A stretch of 64,000 bases of DNA from an uncultured Oscillospiraceae bacterium (GTDB lineage Bacteria > Bacillota > Clostridia > Oscillospirales > Ruminococcaceae), in assembly GCA_964369265.1 (NCBI GenBank), contig CAYJEV010000001.1, positions 2,917-66,916 of the forward strand, given 5' to 3'. The notes under the pieces are model-generated. The model was not told the origin of the DNA and did not search any database. It was given only the letters and a program-made list of their open reading frames with translations. This document shows, piece by piece, positions 1 through 11,100 of this stretch; the stretch's first letter is position 1, and each line of letters opens with the position of its first letter. Position numbers and translations under genes: made by a program.

Positions 1-766
1 AACATCAAAAGATAATGCAAAAATAAAAGAATGTATTGAGTTAAGGGATAACAAGAAATTCAGAAAATCAACAGGAAAGATATTTCTTGAAGGTTTAAGG
101 CTTTGTAGTGATGCTTTTATATCAAATGTTAAAATTCATTCATTGTTTGTAACTGAGAAGATGTTTGAGAAAATAACAGATGAAAAAAGCCCCCTCTTAA
201 ATGCCGATATAACAATAATATCAGATATAGTGGCTCAAAAGCTTTCTGACACAAAAACTTCGCAGGGAGTGTTTGCTGTGTGTGAAATGCCGGCCTTAAA
301 GAGCATTGAGAATTTAGAAACTGGTAATGGTGTAATAATATTATCATCTTTGCAAGATCCTGGTAATGTTGGTACAATTATAAGAACTTCAGAAGGATTA
401 GGGATAGCTGGTATAATAATGTCGGAAGACTGCCCCGATATATATTCCCCAAAAGTGCTTAGGGGAACTATGGGGGGAGTATTCAGATTGCCGATAGTTA
501 TTTCTGAAAATATTAAAGAAAGCATAGCTTTTCTTAAAAACAGAAATGTCAATGTTTATGCGACAGCATTAGATGATGAGAGCATTTCAATTAAGAATTT
601 TAATCTAAAAGGTAGTGCAGTTGTTATAGGAAACGAAGGAAATGGAATAAGCGAAGATATTAAGAGCATTTGCGATAACAGCATAATAATACCTATATCA
701 GAAACAAGCGAGTCTTTAAATGCGGCAGTTGCTGCATCAATTTTAGCATGGGAGATGGTGCGATAA
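1..766 (+). CDS. TrmH/SpoU-family RNA 2'-O-methyltransferase, 5' end outside the window
   Basis: Frame 2 is open from the window edge to TAA 764-766. SpoU-type motifs are present: DPGNVGTIIRTSEGLG, VVIGNEGNGIS, ESLNAAVAASILAWE. Confidence 0.8.
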   Translation, partial: TSKDNAKIKECIELRDNKKFRKSTGKIFLEGLRLCSDAFISNVKIHSLFVTEKMFEKITDEKSPLLNADITIISDIVAQKLSDTKTSQGVFAVCEMPALKSIENLETGNGVIILSSLQDPGNVGTIIRTSEGLGIAGIIMSEDCPDIYSPKVLRGTMGGVFRLPIVISENIKESIAFLKNRNVNVYATALDDESISIKNFNLKGSAVVIGNEGNGISEDIKSICDNSIIIPISETSESLNAAVAASILAWEMVR

Positions 767-1968
767 TGGATAGATTTATGGCTTCTCTGGCTTTTTCGGA
801 AATCTTTGGCAAAGGAAAACGAGCAAAAGATGTTTTTAGGTACTATAATGGCGATTTGGAGGAGATTTTCAAAAAAGTTCCTCCTGTTATTGCACGAGAT
901 AATTTCCTAAACCAAAAAGAAAAAGAAAAGCTCTTAAATTTTGATGTTAATAGCATTATCAGCCATATAAATGAAGTATCGCAGAATGGATATGAAATTG
1001 TAGTTGATAGCATAAAAGAACATAACGATAACACAATACTTAATTACCCAATAGTATATTATAGAGCAAAGAATGGCAAGGATAAATTAGATAATTCGGG
1101 ACGAGTTATTTCTGTTATTGGAACAAAAAATCCGAGTAAATACGCTGGAATGGCAACTAAAAAGCTTGTTGAAGAGCTTGTAATGACAGAAACAACAATA
1201 GTAACGCAGTTAGTCGAAGGGCTTAATTCATATGTTATTGATATAGTTCTTGCTTGTGGTGGGAAGCCTATAGTAGTAACACCATATGGAGTTAGAAAGT
1301 CTTCAAATAATTTTCTTAACAAACAAAAAGAACGAGTGTTAGCAAGTGGAGGCGAGATTATTTCTCCGTTTTTTAATGACTTGCCTCATGCTGGCGCAGT
1401 GTATAGCGTTGTTAGCGAGCTTTGCACTAACATTAGTGATGCGGTGCTTATAACGCAGGCTCCAGAGGGAAGCGGCGCATTGAAAATAGCTGAGTTTGCT
1501 ATGAGAAATGCGAAGAATGTTTTTGTGATTCCTGGAACTATATTGGGTGAGGGCTTCAAGGGGAGCAATCGCCTTATTAACAATGGTGGAATACTAGCAG
1601 AAGATGGTGTGTTTATTGCTGAAACTTTAGGGGCAGAAATAACACTAAAAGAATCTGCACAAATTAAACGACTTTCTTCTCAAACTAGCATTGAAGGCAT
1701 TGGATATAGCGAAAGCAGTAAATCTGGCAGCAATATAGTTAATATTGCTAAAACTAAGCCGAAACTTCCAGCAGAATTTGATAATGACAAAATTTATAAA
1801 GATATTTTTGAAATACTTTTAGAAACCCCCTTGACAATAGAGTTGCTATGTGAGCATATTAAAGATGATGTCGGAAAAACAATGGCTTCTGTCACAATGC
1901 TAGAAATTAGTGATGTTATAGAGCTTAATTCATCAAGGCAGTACATTATAAAAAATAATAAGTCTTAA
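748..1968 (+). CDS. dprA: DNA processing protein DprA (Smf), somewhat divergent
   Basis: It has a Rossmann-like DprA core (RVISVIGTKNPSKYAG, GALKIAEFAMRNAKNVFVIPG, KGSNRLINNGG) and a C-terminal winged-helix-like tail. It sits directly upstream of topA, as in many Firmicutes. The start could instead be ATG 766 (TAATG overlap). Confidence 0.7.
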   Translation: MGDGAIMDRFMASLAFSEIFGKGKRAKDVFRYYNGDLEEIFKKVPPVIARDNFLNQKEKEKLLNFDVNSIISHINEVSQNGYEIVVDSIKEHNDNTILNYPIVYYRAKNGKDKLDNSGRVISVIGTKNPSKYAGMATKKLVEELVMTETTIVTQLVEGLNSYVIDIVLACGGKPIVVTPYGVRKSSNNFLNKQKERVLASGGEIISPFFNDLPHAGAVYSVVSELCTNISDAVLITQAPEGSGALKIAEFAMRNAKNVFVIPGTILGEGFKGSNRLINNGGILAEDGVFIAETLGAEITLKESAQIKRLSSQTSIEGIGYSESSKSGSNIVNIAKTKPKLPAEFDNDKIYKDIFEILLETPLTIELLCEHIKDDVGKTMASVTMLEISDVIELNSSRQYIIKNNKS

Positions 1969-2028
1969 TTTGTAGTGTATACTATATTTTAAGGCTAATC
2001 TTTATTAAAATAAATAAGGAGATTGTAG

Positions 2029-4107
2029 ATGTCAAATTTAGTAATAGTTGAGTCCCCGGCAAAGGCAAAGACCATTCAAAAATATCTAGGAGATAATTTT
2101 GATGTTATTGCTTCAATGGGGCATGTAAGAGATTTACCAAAGAGCAAAATTGGAGTTGATTTAGACAACAATTTTGAAGTTAAATATGAAAATTTAAAAG
2201 ATAAAGCAGAGCTTATAACCTCTCTAAAAAAAGCTGCTAAAAAAAGAGATAAAATATATCTCGCAACTGACCCAGATAGAGAGGGAGAGGCGATTTCTTG
2301 GCATTTAGCTCATATTTTAAATATAGACCTTAATGATGATAATAGAGTTACTTTTAATGAGATAACTAAAAATGGTATCAAGCAAGGAATGGATAACCCA
2401 AGGAAAGTAAATATTGATTTAGTAAATGCGCAACAAGCAAGACGTGTGCTTGATAGAATTGTTGGCTATAAACTTAGTCCATTTTTATGGAGAAAAGTTA
2501 GAAGAGGTTTATCAGCAGGCAGAGTACAATCTGTTGTTGTTAAGATAATTGTTGATAGAGAGCGCGAAATAAGAGATTTTAAGCCTGTTGAGTCTTGGAG
2601 CATTGATGCTAATTTGCTAAGCTCAAAGTCAAAAAAAGAGTTCGACTCAAAAGCTACTCATAAGCTAGGAAAGAAATTATCTCTAAAAACTAAGGAAGAT
2701 GCGGATGCTGTTCTCAAGGAAATTGAGGGGGCAGATTTTGTTGTATCTGAAATTAAAACTTCAAAGAAAAAGAGAAGCCCAGCTCCTCCTTTCACAACAT
2801 CCACTCTTCAACAAGAGGCGGTTAGAAAGCTAAGCTTCCAAACAAAGAAGACAATGAAAATTGCTCAAGAACTATATGAAGGTATTGACTTAAAAGGCCA
2901 TGGTGCAGTTGGTCTAATAACATACATGAGAACTGACTCTTTGAGAATTTCTCAAGAAGCGATTGATAATGCAAGAGACTTCATTAAAACAGCTCATGGC
3001 GAAAAATATCTTCCAGAATCTGCAAGATACTACAAAGGCAGAAAGAACTCCCAAGATGGACATGAAGCTATCAGACCAACAATGATTGAGCTAACTCCAA
3101 AAGAGGCTAAGTCAAGCCTCTCTAACGACCAATATAAGCTTTATAAGCTAATCTGGGAGAGATTTATTGCAAGCCAAATGGCTGACATGATTCTTGATAC
3201 AATGTCTGTTGATATTAAGGCTGGCGATTATACCTTCCGTTCCTCTGGGTTTAGTACAGATTTTGATGGATTTGCTGCCCTATATATGGAAAATCTTGAT
3301 GAAGAAGAGCAAAAGAAAAATGCGCTTCCAAAGCTTGAAGTTGGAATGAATTTGTCTGTTAGCTCTATTAAAGGCACTCAACACTTCACTCAGCCTCCTG
3401 CAAGATACACAGAAGCAAGCTTAATTAAATCTCTTGAGGAAAATGGCATTGGTAGACCGTCCACCTATGCTCCAACTATCTCAACTGTGCTTATGAGAGG
3501 ATATGTTGAGAGGGAAGCAAAGTCATTGTTGCCAACACCGCTTGGTGAAGTTACAACTGAGCTAATGGAAAATCAGTTTAAGAATATAGTAGATGTAGAC
3601 TTTACTGCTGATATGGAGCAAAAGCTAGATGAAATTGAAGTTGGACACCAAAACTGGACAGAAACTTTAAAAGAATTTTATGGTGATTTTTCAGATGTAT
3701 TAGAAACTGCTGAAAAGAACATGGAAGGCAAAAGAGTTAAGATACCAGACGAGCCATCAGATGTTGTTTGTGACTTGTGTGGAAAGCCGATGGTTATAAA
3801 GGCTGGGCGATTTGGAAAGTTCCTTGCTTGTTCTGGTTTCCCAGAGTGTAAGGGTACAAAGAAGATTACCAACCCAAGCGAAGGAATTTGCTTTAAGTGT
3901 GGTGGTAAGGTGCTTATTAAAAAATCTAAAAAGGGCAGAGGATTTTATGGTTGCGAAAACTATCCTAACTGCGACTTTGTAACTTGGGATAAGCCATTAA
4001 AAGAAACTTGCCCAAATTGTGGTTCAACTCTATATCAAAAGGCAGGCAGAGGGAAAACAGTTCATTGCTTAAAAGATGGCTGTGGTTATATAAAAGGTAA
4101 GGAATAG
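2029..4107 (+). CDS. topA: DNA topoisomerase I
   Basis: Toprim N-terminus MSNLVIVESPAKAKTI, DPDREGEAISWH, active-site ITYMRTDS, and C-terminal CxxC zinc ribbons (CDLCGKPM, CFKCGG, CPNCGS). Confidence 0.95.
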   Translation: MSNLVIVESPAKAKTIQKYLGDNFDVIASMGHVRDLPKSKIGVDLDNNFEVKYENLKDKAELITSLKKAAKKRDKIYLATDPDREGEAISWHLAHILNIDLNDDNRVTFNEITKNGIKQGMDNPRKVNIDLVNAQQARRVLDRIVGYKLSPFLWRKVRRGLSAGRVQSVVVKIIVDREREIRDFKPVESWSIDANLLSSKSKKEFDSKATHKLGKKLSLKTKEDADAVLKEIEGADFVVSEIKTSKKKRSPAPPFTTSTLQQEAVRKLSFQTKKTMKIAQELYEGIDLKGHGAVGLITYMRTDSLRISQEAIDNARDFIKTAHGEKYLPESARYYKGRKNSQDGHEAIRPTMIELTPKEAKSSLSNDQYKLYKLIWERFIASQMADMILDTMSVDIKAGDYTFRSSGFSTDFDGFAALYMENLDEEEQKKNALPKLEVGMNLSVSSIKGTQHFTQPPARYTEASLIKSLEENGIGRPSTYAPTISTVLMRGYVEREAKSLLPTPLGEVTTELMENQFKNIVDVDFTADMEQKLDEIEVGHQNWTETLKEFYGDFSDVLETAEKNMEGKRVKIPDEPSDVVCDLCGKPMVIKAGRFGKFLACSGFPECKGTKKITNPSEGICFKCGGKVLIKKSKKGRGFYGCENYPNCDFVTWDKPLKETCPNCGSTLYQKAGRGKTVHCLKDGCGYIKGKE

Positions 4108-4110
4108 TAT

Positions 4111-5400
4111 ATGGTTAAGGTAATAGGTGCTGGGCTTGCTGGCTGCGAAGCCGCTTGGGCTATAGCGAACAGAGGAATAGAGGTTGAGTTATATGAGATG
4201 AAACCATCAAAATATAGTCCAGCTCATCACTATAGTGGATTTGCTGAGCTTGTTTGCTCAAACTCATTAAAGGCTCAGAGAATTGGTTCAGCAGCTGGTA
4301 TGTTAAAAGAAGAAATGCGTATAATGGGTTCTATCATGATGGAGGCAGCAAACGAAACCTCTGTTGCAGCTGGTGGGGCTTTAGCTGTTGATAGAGAGAA
4401 GTTCTCTGATTTAATAACAAGCAAGATAAAATCTCATCCTTTAATTACTGTTATTGAGGGCGAAGTTACTGAAATTCCAGAGGGTAAAGTAATCATTGCA
4501 ACTGGACCTCTAACTTCTGATGCTTTAGCTGATAATATTAAGTCACTAACCGGCGGATACCTAAGCTTCTACGATGCAGCCGCTCCAATTATAGAGCTGT
4601 CTTCCGTTGATATGGATAAGGTGTTTTTTGCAGCAAGATATGATAGGGGAGATGACGATTATATCAACTGTCCGTTTGACAAAGAAGGATATGAGAAGTT
4701 TGTTGCAGAGTTGCTATTAGCTGAAAGAGCTCCTTTAAAAGAGTTTGAGAACCTTAACGTGTATGAGGGATGCATGCCTATTGAGGTGTTAGCTTCAAGA
4801 GGTGCTGAAACTATGCGATATGGTCCGCTTAAGCCTGTTGGTCTTCGTGACCCTAAAACAGGACATCGCCCTTGGGCTGTTGTTCAGCTTAGAAAAGAAA
4901 ATGCTGAGGGTACATTATATAATATAGTTGGATTTCAAACAAACCTTAAATTTGCTGAACAAAAAAGAGTGTTTTCGATGATACCAGGCCTTGAAAACCT
5001 GTCAATTGTTAGATATGGAGTTATGCACAGAAACACTTTCATCGACTCTCCACGCCTCTTAAACAAGGATTTTTCATACAAAAATAGAGAAAACCTATAC
5101 TTTGCAGGGCAGATTACAGGAGTTGAAGGCTATATTGAGTCTGGTGCGTCTGGGATTGTAGCTGGAATAAATATGGTTAGAAAGCTAAGGGGCGAGCTTC
5201 CTTTAGCATTCCCAAACACAACAATGATAGGAGCGTTAACTAACTATATTAGTGACAGTAACGTTAAAGACTTTCAGCCAATGGGAAGCAATATAGGAAT
5301 TCTTCCTCCGCTTCCAATGAGAATTAAAGATAAAACAGTTAGATATGAACAAGTTGCCGAAAGAGGGTTAACAGAGTTTAGGAAGATTGATTTTAAATAA
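4111..5400 (+). CDS. trmFO: methylenetetrahydrofolate--tRNA-(uracil-5-)-methyltransferase TrmFO (Gid)
   Basis: FAD-binding N-terminus VIGAGLAGCEAAW, length 429 aa, and conserved position after topA. Confidence 0.9.
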   Translation: MVKVIGAGLAGCEAAWAIANRGIEVELYEMKPSKYSPAHHYSGFAELVCSNSLKAQRIGSAAGMLKEEMRIMGSIMMEAANETSVAAGGALAVDREKFSDLITSKIKSHPLITVIEGEVTEIPEGKVIIATGPLTSDALADNIKSLTGGYLSFYDAAAPIIELSSVDMDKVFFAARYDRGDDDYINCPFDKEGYEKFVAELLLAERAPLKEFENLNVYEGCMPIEVLASRGAETMRYGPLKPVGLRDPKTGHRPWAVVQLRKENAEGTLYNIVGFQTNLKFAEQKRVFSMIPGLENLSIVRYGVMHRNTFIDSPRLLNKDFSYKNRENLYFAGQITGVEGYIESGASGIVAGINMVRKLRGELPLAFPNTTMIGALTNYISDSNVKDFQPMGSNIGILPPLPMRIKDKTVRYEQVAERGLTEFRKIDFK

Positions 5401-5411
5401 AGGAGGGTACT

Positions 5412-6419
5412 ATGAGAATTATTGTAGATGCTTTTGGTGGAGATCATGCACCATTAGCCCCAATTGATGGGGCAGCACAAGCTGTAAAAGAGTATGGTGT
5501 GAATATTGTGCTGACTGGCAATGAAGCTGAAATTAGAGATGTTGCAGCAAAGAATAATATATCCCTAGACGGAATAGAAATAATAGATACTCCAGTGGTT
5601 ATGCCTGTTGATGCAGATCCATCTCTAATAAGAACAGAATATAAAGATTCCTCTCTTGCTGTTGGTTTAAAAGAGCTTGCTGATAAAAAGGTAGATGCTT
5701 ATGTTAGTGCAGGCAGTACAGGAGCTATACTTATGGGAGCGACCTTTATTGTTAAGCGATTAAAGGGTGTAAAGCGACCAGCGCTTGGAGCAACTGTACC
5801 AATTGGAAACAATAAGTATTATTTGCTTATGGATTGTGGAGCTAATAGCGAATGCCGTCCTGAAATGCTGTTGCAGTTTGGTATAATGGGTTCTGTGTAT
5901 GCAGAGAATGTAATGGGAATTGCTTCTCCTAGAGTAGGTCTTGTTAATGTTGGTGCAGAGCCAACAAAGGGAATGCCTCTTCAAGTTGAGAGTTATCATC
6001 TTTTATCTAAAGCTCCAATTAACTTTATAGGGAATATTGAGGCGAGAGATATCCCAACAGGAGGTTGCGATGTTGCAATAGCCGATGGTTTTACTGGAAA
6101 TATTGTGCTTAAATTATCAGAGGGCTTCTCCTCATTTATTAGCCAGCTGTTAAAGAGCTTGTTTATGCAAAACTCTCTAACGAAAATGTCCTATTTAGCG
6201 TTAAAAAAGCCTATTGAAATGATGAGAAAATCAATGGACTATAAAGGCGTTGGCGGTGCTCCAATTTTAGGTGTTGCTGCTCCTGTTGTTAAAGCGCATG
6301 GAAGCTCTAACGCTTTTGCAATTAAAAATGCAATTAGGCAGGCTATATTCTTTGTTGAAAAAGATGTTTGTAACAAGGTTGAGATAGGAGTTGCTAAAGC
6401 AGCCGAAATGGGGGAGTAG
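5412..6419 (+). CDS. plsX: phosphate acyltransferase PlsX
   Basis: N-terminus MRIIVDAFGGDHAP, 335 aa, typical PlsX length and motifs. Confidence 0.9.
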   Translation: MRIIVDAFGGDHAPLAPIDGAAQAVKEYGVNIVLTGNEAEIRDVAAKNNISLDGIEIIDTPVVMPVDADPSLIRTEYKDSSLAVGLKELADKKVDAYVSAGSTGAILMGATFIVKRLKGVKRPALGATVPIGNNKYYLLMDCGANSECRPEMLLQFGIMGSVYAENVMGIASPRVGLVNVGAEPTKGMPLQVESYHLLSKAPINFIGNIEARDIPTGGCDVAIADGFTGNIVLKLSEGFSSFISQLLKSLFMQNSLTKMSYLALKKPIEMMRKSMDYKGVGGAPILGVAAPVVKAHGSSNAFAIKNAIRQAIFFVEKDVCNKVEIGVAKAAEMGE

Positions 6420-6420
6420 T

Positions 6421-7089
6421 ATGAGTATAGAACAATCTATCGGATACACCTTTAAAGAAAAGGGCTTTTTAAACACTGCCCTAACACACTCTTCATATTC
6501 AAACGAATACAAACGTTCTGACAAAAACAATGAGAGGCTTGAGTTTTTAGGCGACTCTGTGCTTTCTATTGTAGTTTCTGAATACTTATACAAAAACCTA
6601 GAGCTTGCCGAAGGCGATTTAACAAAGCTTCGTGCTTCTATTGTCTGCGAAGGCTCTCTCGCAAAATTTGCTAGTGACATATCTTTAGGCGCAGAACTAA
6701 AGCTTGGAAGAGGGGAACAGCAGAGCGGAGGAAGCCAGCGACCTTCAATTTTAGCTGATGCTTTTGAAGCTTTAATAGGAGCTGTGTATCTTGATGGCGG
6801 CATTGATGAAGTTAAGAAGTTTTTAATACCATTCTTTAAAGACATTGCAAAGCAAGGCGAGGTTGTTGATTTTAGAGATTACAAAACTCAGCTTCAAGAG
6901 ATAGTGCAGAAAAATCCAGAGGAAAAAGTGCAGTATGTTTTGGTTGATGAGAATGGCCCAGATCATAAAAAATCATTTACAGTTGAGCTAAGGCTTAATT
7001 CAAATGTAATCGGGGTTGGTGAGGGCAGAAGCAAGAAAAGTGCTGAACAGATGGCTGCAAAGCAAGCGTTGGAGCTGATGGGGAAATGA
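6421..7089 (+). CDS. rnc: ribonuclease III
   Basis: RNase III signature NERLEFLGDSVL and a C-terminal dsRBD. I chose ATG 6421 (RBS GGGGAG) rather than ORF-track start 6391, which overlaps plsX. Confidence 0.9.
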   Translation: MSIEQSIGYTFKEKGFLNTALTHSSYSNEYKRSDKNNERLEFLGDSVLSIVVSEYLYKNLELAEGDLTKLRASIVCEGSLAKFASDISLGAELKLGRGEQQSGGSQRPSILADAFEALIGAVYLDGGIDEVKKFLIPFFKDIAKQGEVVDFRDYKTQLQEIVQKNPEEKVQYVLVDENGPDHKKSFTVELRLNSNVIGVGEGRSKKSAEQMAAKQALELMGK

Positions 7090-8099
7090 TTAAAGGGAAC
7101 TTAGCTATATTTGTTCCTCATGTTGGCTGTCCAAATTTATGCAGTTTTTGTGATCAAAGCGTTATTTCTGGCGAAAAAAGTGTCCCAACCTACGATACTG
7201 TTTCTAACCTTTGCAAGGAAAGCTTAGAATATCTTGACGACGCTGCAAGAGATTGCGAGATTGCTTTTTTTGGAGGAAGTTTCACAGCTATAGAAACTGA
7301 ATATATGAAATCCTTGTTAAAAGCTGCGTCTTTTTATGTTGGCGAAGATGGCTTTGGAGGAATAAGAATTTCAACAAGACCAGATTGCATTGATAATGAT
7401 ATATTAAGTCTATTAAAAAGCTATAAAGTAACATCAATTGAGCTTGGCGTTCAATCGATGGATGATGATGTACTTCTAAAAAATAGGCGAGGACACACTG
7501 CTCAAGATGTAACTAAAGCAGTTAGTCTTATAAGAGAGTTCGATTTTAGGCTAGGGCTTCAGTTGATGGTGGGGCTGTATGGTAGCGATTACGAAAAAGA
7601 CATGCAAACGGCAAAGTTAGTATCTATGCTAAAGCCTGACGAAGCGAGAATTTATCCAGTCATAACGCTTAAAAATACATATCTAGCAGAGCTGTATCAA
7701 TCAGAAGATTATACACCATACGCATTAGAGGAAACTGTTCCTTTGGTGGCTGATATTATGCAGCTTTTTATGAAAGATGGCATAGAGATACTAAAAGTTG
7801 GCTTGCATTCCTCTTCTGAACTAGAGGATAGCATAGTTGCAGGGCCTTATCATCAATCATTCAGAGAGCTTTGCGAAAGCGAGATATTCTATAGAAACAT
7901 CTTAAAAGAGATAAGTGATATCAATTTTGATAAAAAGAGTTTTAGTGTTTTTGTAAACCCAAAAGATGTTTCAAAAGCAATTGGTCAAAAGAGAAATAAT
8001 ATAGATCGATTTAAGCAAAATAGAATTTTAATTAAGGTTAGGGAAGATAAAAATGTATCTCCTTTAAGCTTTAGAATAGAAACTGTAGAGGAGGGATAG
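7086..8099 (+). CDS. radical SAM protein (Elp3/MiaB-like domain), function unknown
   Basis: CxxxCxxC cluster motif VGCPNLCSFCDQ. ATGA overlap with rnc. The position between rnc and smc is conserved. Confidence 0.7.
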   Translation: MIKGNLAIFVPHVGCPNLCSFCDQSVISGEKSVPTYDTVSNLCKESLEYLDDAARDCEIAFFGGSFTAIETEYMKSLLKAASFYVGEDGFGGIRISTRPDCIDNDILSLLKSYKVTSIELGVQSMDDDVLLKNRRGHTAQDVTKAVSLIREFDFRLGLQLMVGLYGSDYEKDMQTAKLVSMLKPDEARIYPVITLKNTYLAELYQSEDYTPYALEETVPLVADIMQLFMKDGIEILKVGLHSSSELEDSIVAGPYHQSFRELCESEIFYRNILKEISDINFDKKSFSVFVNPKDVSKAIGQKRNNIDRFKQNRILIKVREDKNVSPLSFRIETVEEG

Positions 8100-8100
8100 C

Positions 8101-11100
8101 TTGCGTTTATTAGCGATGGAGGTTCAAGGGTTTAAGTCTTTTCCTGAAAAAACAAGACTAGACTTTAATGACGGCTTTACAGCTGTTGTTGGACCTAATG
8201 GAAGCGGAAAAAGCAATATAGCCGATGCACTTAGATGGGTGCTAGGCGAACAATCAAGCCGTTCACTTCGTGGAAATCGAATGGAAGATGTTATCTTTGG
8301 AGGAACGCAGGGAAGAAAACCTCTAGCTTCTTGTAGCGTTACTTTGTTTATTGATAACAAGGATAGGTTTTTATCTTTTAATGAAGACGAAGTTGCTATA
8401 ACTAGAAAGTATTATCGAAGTGGCGAAAGCGAGTTTAAAATAAACAAAACTGCTGTTCGTTTAAAAGATATTCATGAGCTTTTTATGGACACAGGTCTTG
8501 GCAGAGATGGCTATTCAATTATAGGGCAAGGAAAGATAGCGGAGATAGTTTCGGCAAAAAGCTCTGAAAGAAGAGAAATATTTGAAGAAGCAGCAGGAAT
8601 TAGCAAGTTTCGTTATCGAAAAAAAGAAGCTGAAAACCGTTTAAGCCATGCCGAAGATAACCTTCTTAGACTAAAAGATATTTTAGTTGAGCTTGAAGGC
8701 AGAATTGAGCCTTTAAGAAAGGATAGCGAAAAAGCAGAGCGTTTTTTGGAGCTTTCTGTTCAAAAGAAAAAGCTAGATTTATCTATATGGACTTATCAGC
8801 TTTCTGAAATGAAAGAAAGAGTGAAAAAACTTTCTGATGAAGTTTTCCTTGAAGATAAGAGGTATAAAGAGTCCGCAGAAGCTGTTGATAGCTTAGAAAC
8901 AGCAGTGAATAATGCTTTTGAAGAAATGCAGTCATTGCTTGTAGATATAGATAACCTTCAAAAGAATATTGCTGACAACAAAGAATCTCTTGCAAATTTC
9001 GGCTCTACAAAGGCTGTTTTAGAAAATGACATTAGGCACAATACAAACAGCTTAAATGAAATTAAAAAACAACTTGAATCTGGAGCTGGCGAAGACGAAG
9101 AGTATATTAAGAGAGAGAAACTGTTATTAGAAAATCTTTCTGGGAAGTATGAAGATTTTAAGGCTGCTGAACAGCAAGAGCTTAGCCAAAAAGAGGAACT
9201 CGATAACATCTATAGCGAAATTTCATCAGTTGACACAAAGGGTCAGGCAAAACGTCTAAGAAGATCCGAGATATACAGATTGCTTGATGAAAAAAGAGGT
9301 GCTAGCGCCTCTGGTAAAGCGATTGTCGAGGAAACCTCTCTGCAACTTAAAAACTTTGAAGATACAGTTAGGAACACAGAGTTTAGCTCAAAAGAAATAG
9401 ACTTTGAAAAGCAAGAAATTACAGGCTTAATCTCAGCTTTAGAGGGCAAAATATCTGCTCTTTCAAATGAAATATCTGAAAAGAAACAGCAAAAAAACTT
9501 TAAAGCTGAAAAACATAACAACTTACTCGCAAAAAGAAATGATACTCTATCAAACTTATCTTCACTAAACCAAAAAATCAAGCTTCTTGAAGATATGGAT
9601 AGAAACCTTGAAGGATTTAGTGGTAGTGTAAAATTTGTTATGTCAAGCGCTGAAAAAGGGATGCTGAAGGGGATAATATCTCCAGTATCTTCTGTTATTG
9701 AAGTAGATAAAAAATATTCAGTTGCTGTCGAGGTTGTGCTTGGAGCTGCGATGCAAAACATCATTACAACCGACGACGAAGCGGCTAAGTCTGCTATTAG
9801 GCTATTACAAAGCAAAAATGTTGGTAGAGCAACCTTCCTTCCATTATCAACAATAAAAGGCAATGTAATTAAGCCTCAAGAGCTATTTGGTAAGCAGGGA
9901 TATATAGGTATTGCTTCAGAGCTAGTTAAGTATGAACTAAAGTTTAAAGGCATAGCAGATAGCTTGCTAGGAAGAACTATTGTTGCTGATACCTTAGACA
10001 ATGCTGTTAAGCTGGCAAAGCAGTCTGGACATAGATATAGAATAGTTACCCTTGATGGACAGCTTCTTAACACAGGCGGCTCAATGACAGGCGGAGCGAT
10101 GGTACGTTCAGCTGGTATATTAGGAAGGGCAACACAAATCTCAGAGTTAAAAACTCAGGTAGTAGAGCTTGAAGGCGTTGTAAATAAATCAGCATTAGAA
10201 CTAACAGAGCTTTCAAAAGAAGTTCAAGTATTTGATGAAGAGATTTCAAAGATAATGTCTAGTATGCGTTTGCTTGAAGACGAAAAAATCGGATACACAG
10301 CAGAAGCAAAGAGAATAGATATATCATTATCTGTTGCAAAGGAAAGTGTTTTAACTGCAAAGCAAAGGTATGAAGATATAAAGAATAGGCTAAAGCAAAA
10401 TGAAGAACTGTCTAAGACTGTTGATGAAGAGATCATAAGCTTAGAACAGGAACTTAACAGAACAGAGGAAGAAATAACCGAGGGCAACTTTATAAGGGAA
10501 CAGCTTAACACCAGAAAAGTGTCCTTGGAAAATTTATCATCTGAAAATAAAACTTTAAAGCTAATTCTCGAAAGAGAGATTAAAAACCTTGAGGAGAGAG
10601 TGTTTGAGGTTTCGGAGGAGAATAAGAGAAGAGATAATCATAAATCGCATCTAATCTCTGAATGCAATAGATTATCTGAACAAAATGAGCTTACAAAACT
10701 TAGAATAGATAATCTTGAAGAAGAAAGAGATAGACTTACCTCTTCAGTTGGCCTTGCACAAACTAGCATAACTGATAAATCTCAAAGAAGAAACAACCTT
10801 GAACAAGAGCTTAATCAAAAAAAGCAACTTCAAAAGCAAACAGAAATTGTTAGAGATAATAGCTACAGAAGCTTAGTTGAAAGACAAAGCAGATTAGAGT
10901 CTGCTGAAAATGAGCAGAAGACTATAGTTAATAATCTATGGGAGATGTATGAGCTTACTGTTGGTGAAGCAATAGAGTTTGCAGAGCCAATTGACTCTAT
11001 CGATACAGCGACTAAATCGCTTTCAGAAGTTAGAGGGAAGATTAAGAGCTTAGGAAATGTTAATCTTGGTGCAATTGAGGAGTTTAAGGAAGTATCTGAG

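Noticed and set aside
9243-9863. Long antisense ORFs inside well-supported genes (9243-9863 in smc, 26118-26738 in the binding protein, 6267-6845 in rnc, 36976-37506 in mreB, 54190-54636 in ispF, 49126-49554 in nfnB)
   Set aside because: They lie opposite strongly recognisable genes, have Ser/Leu/Ile-rich low-complexity translations and lack RBSs. They are typical shadow ORFs.
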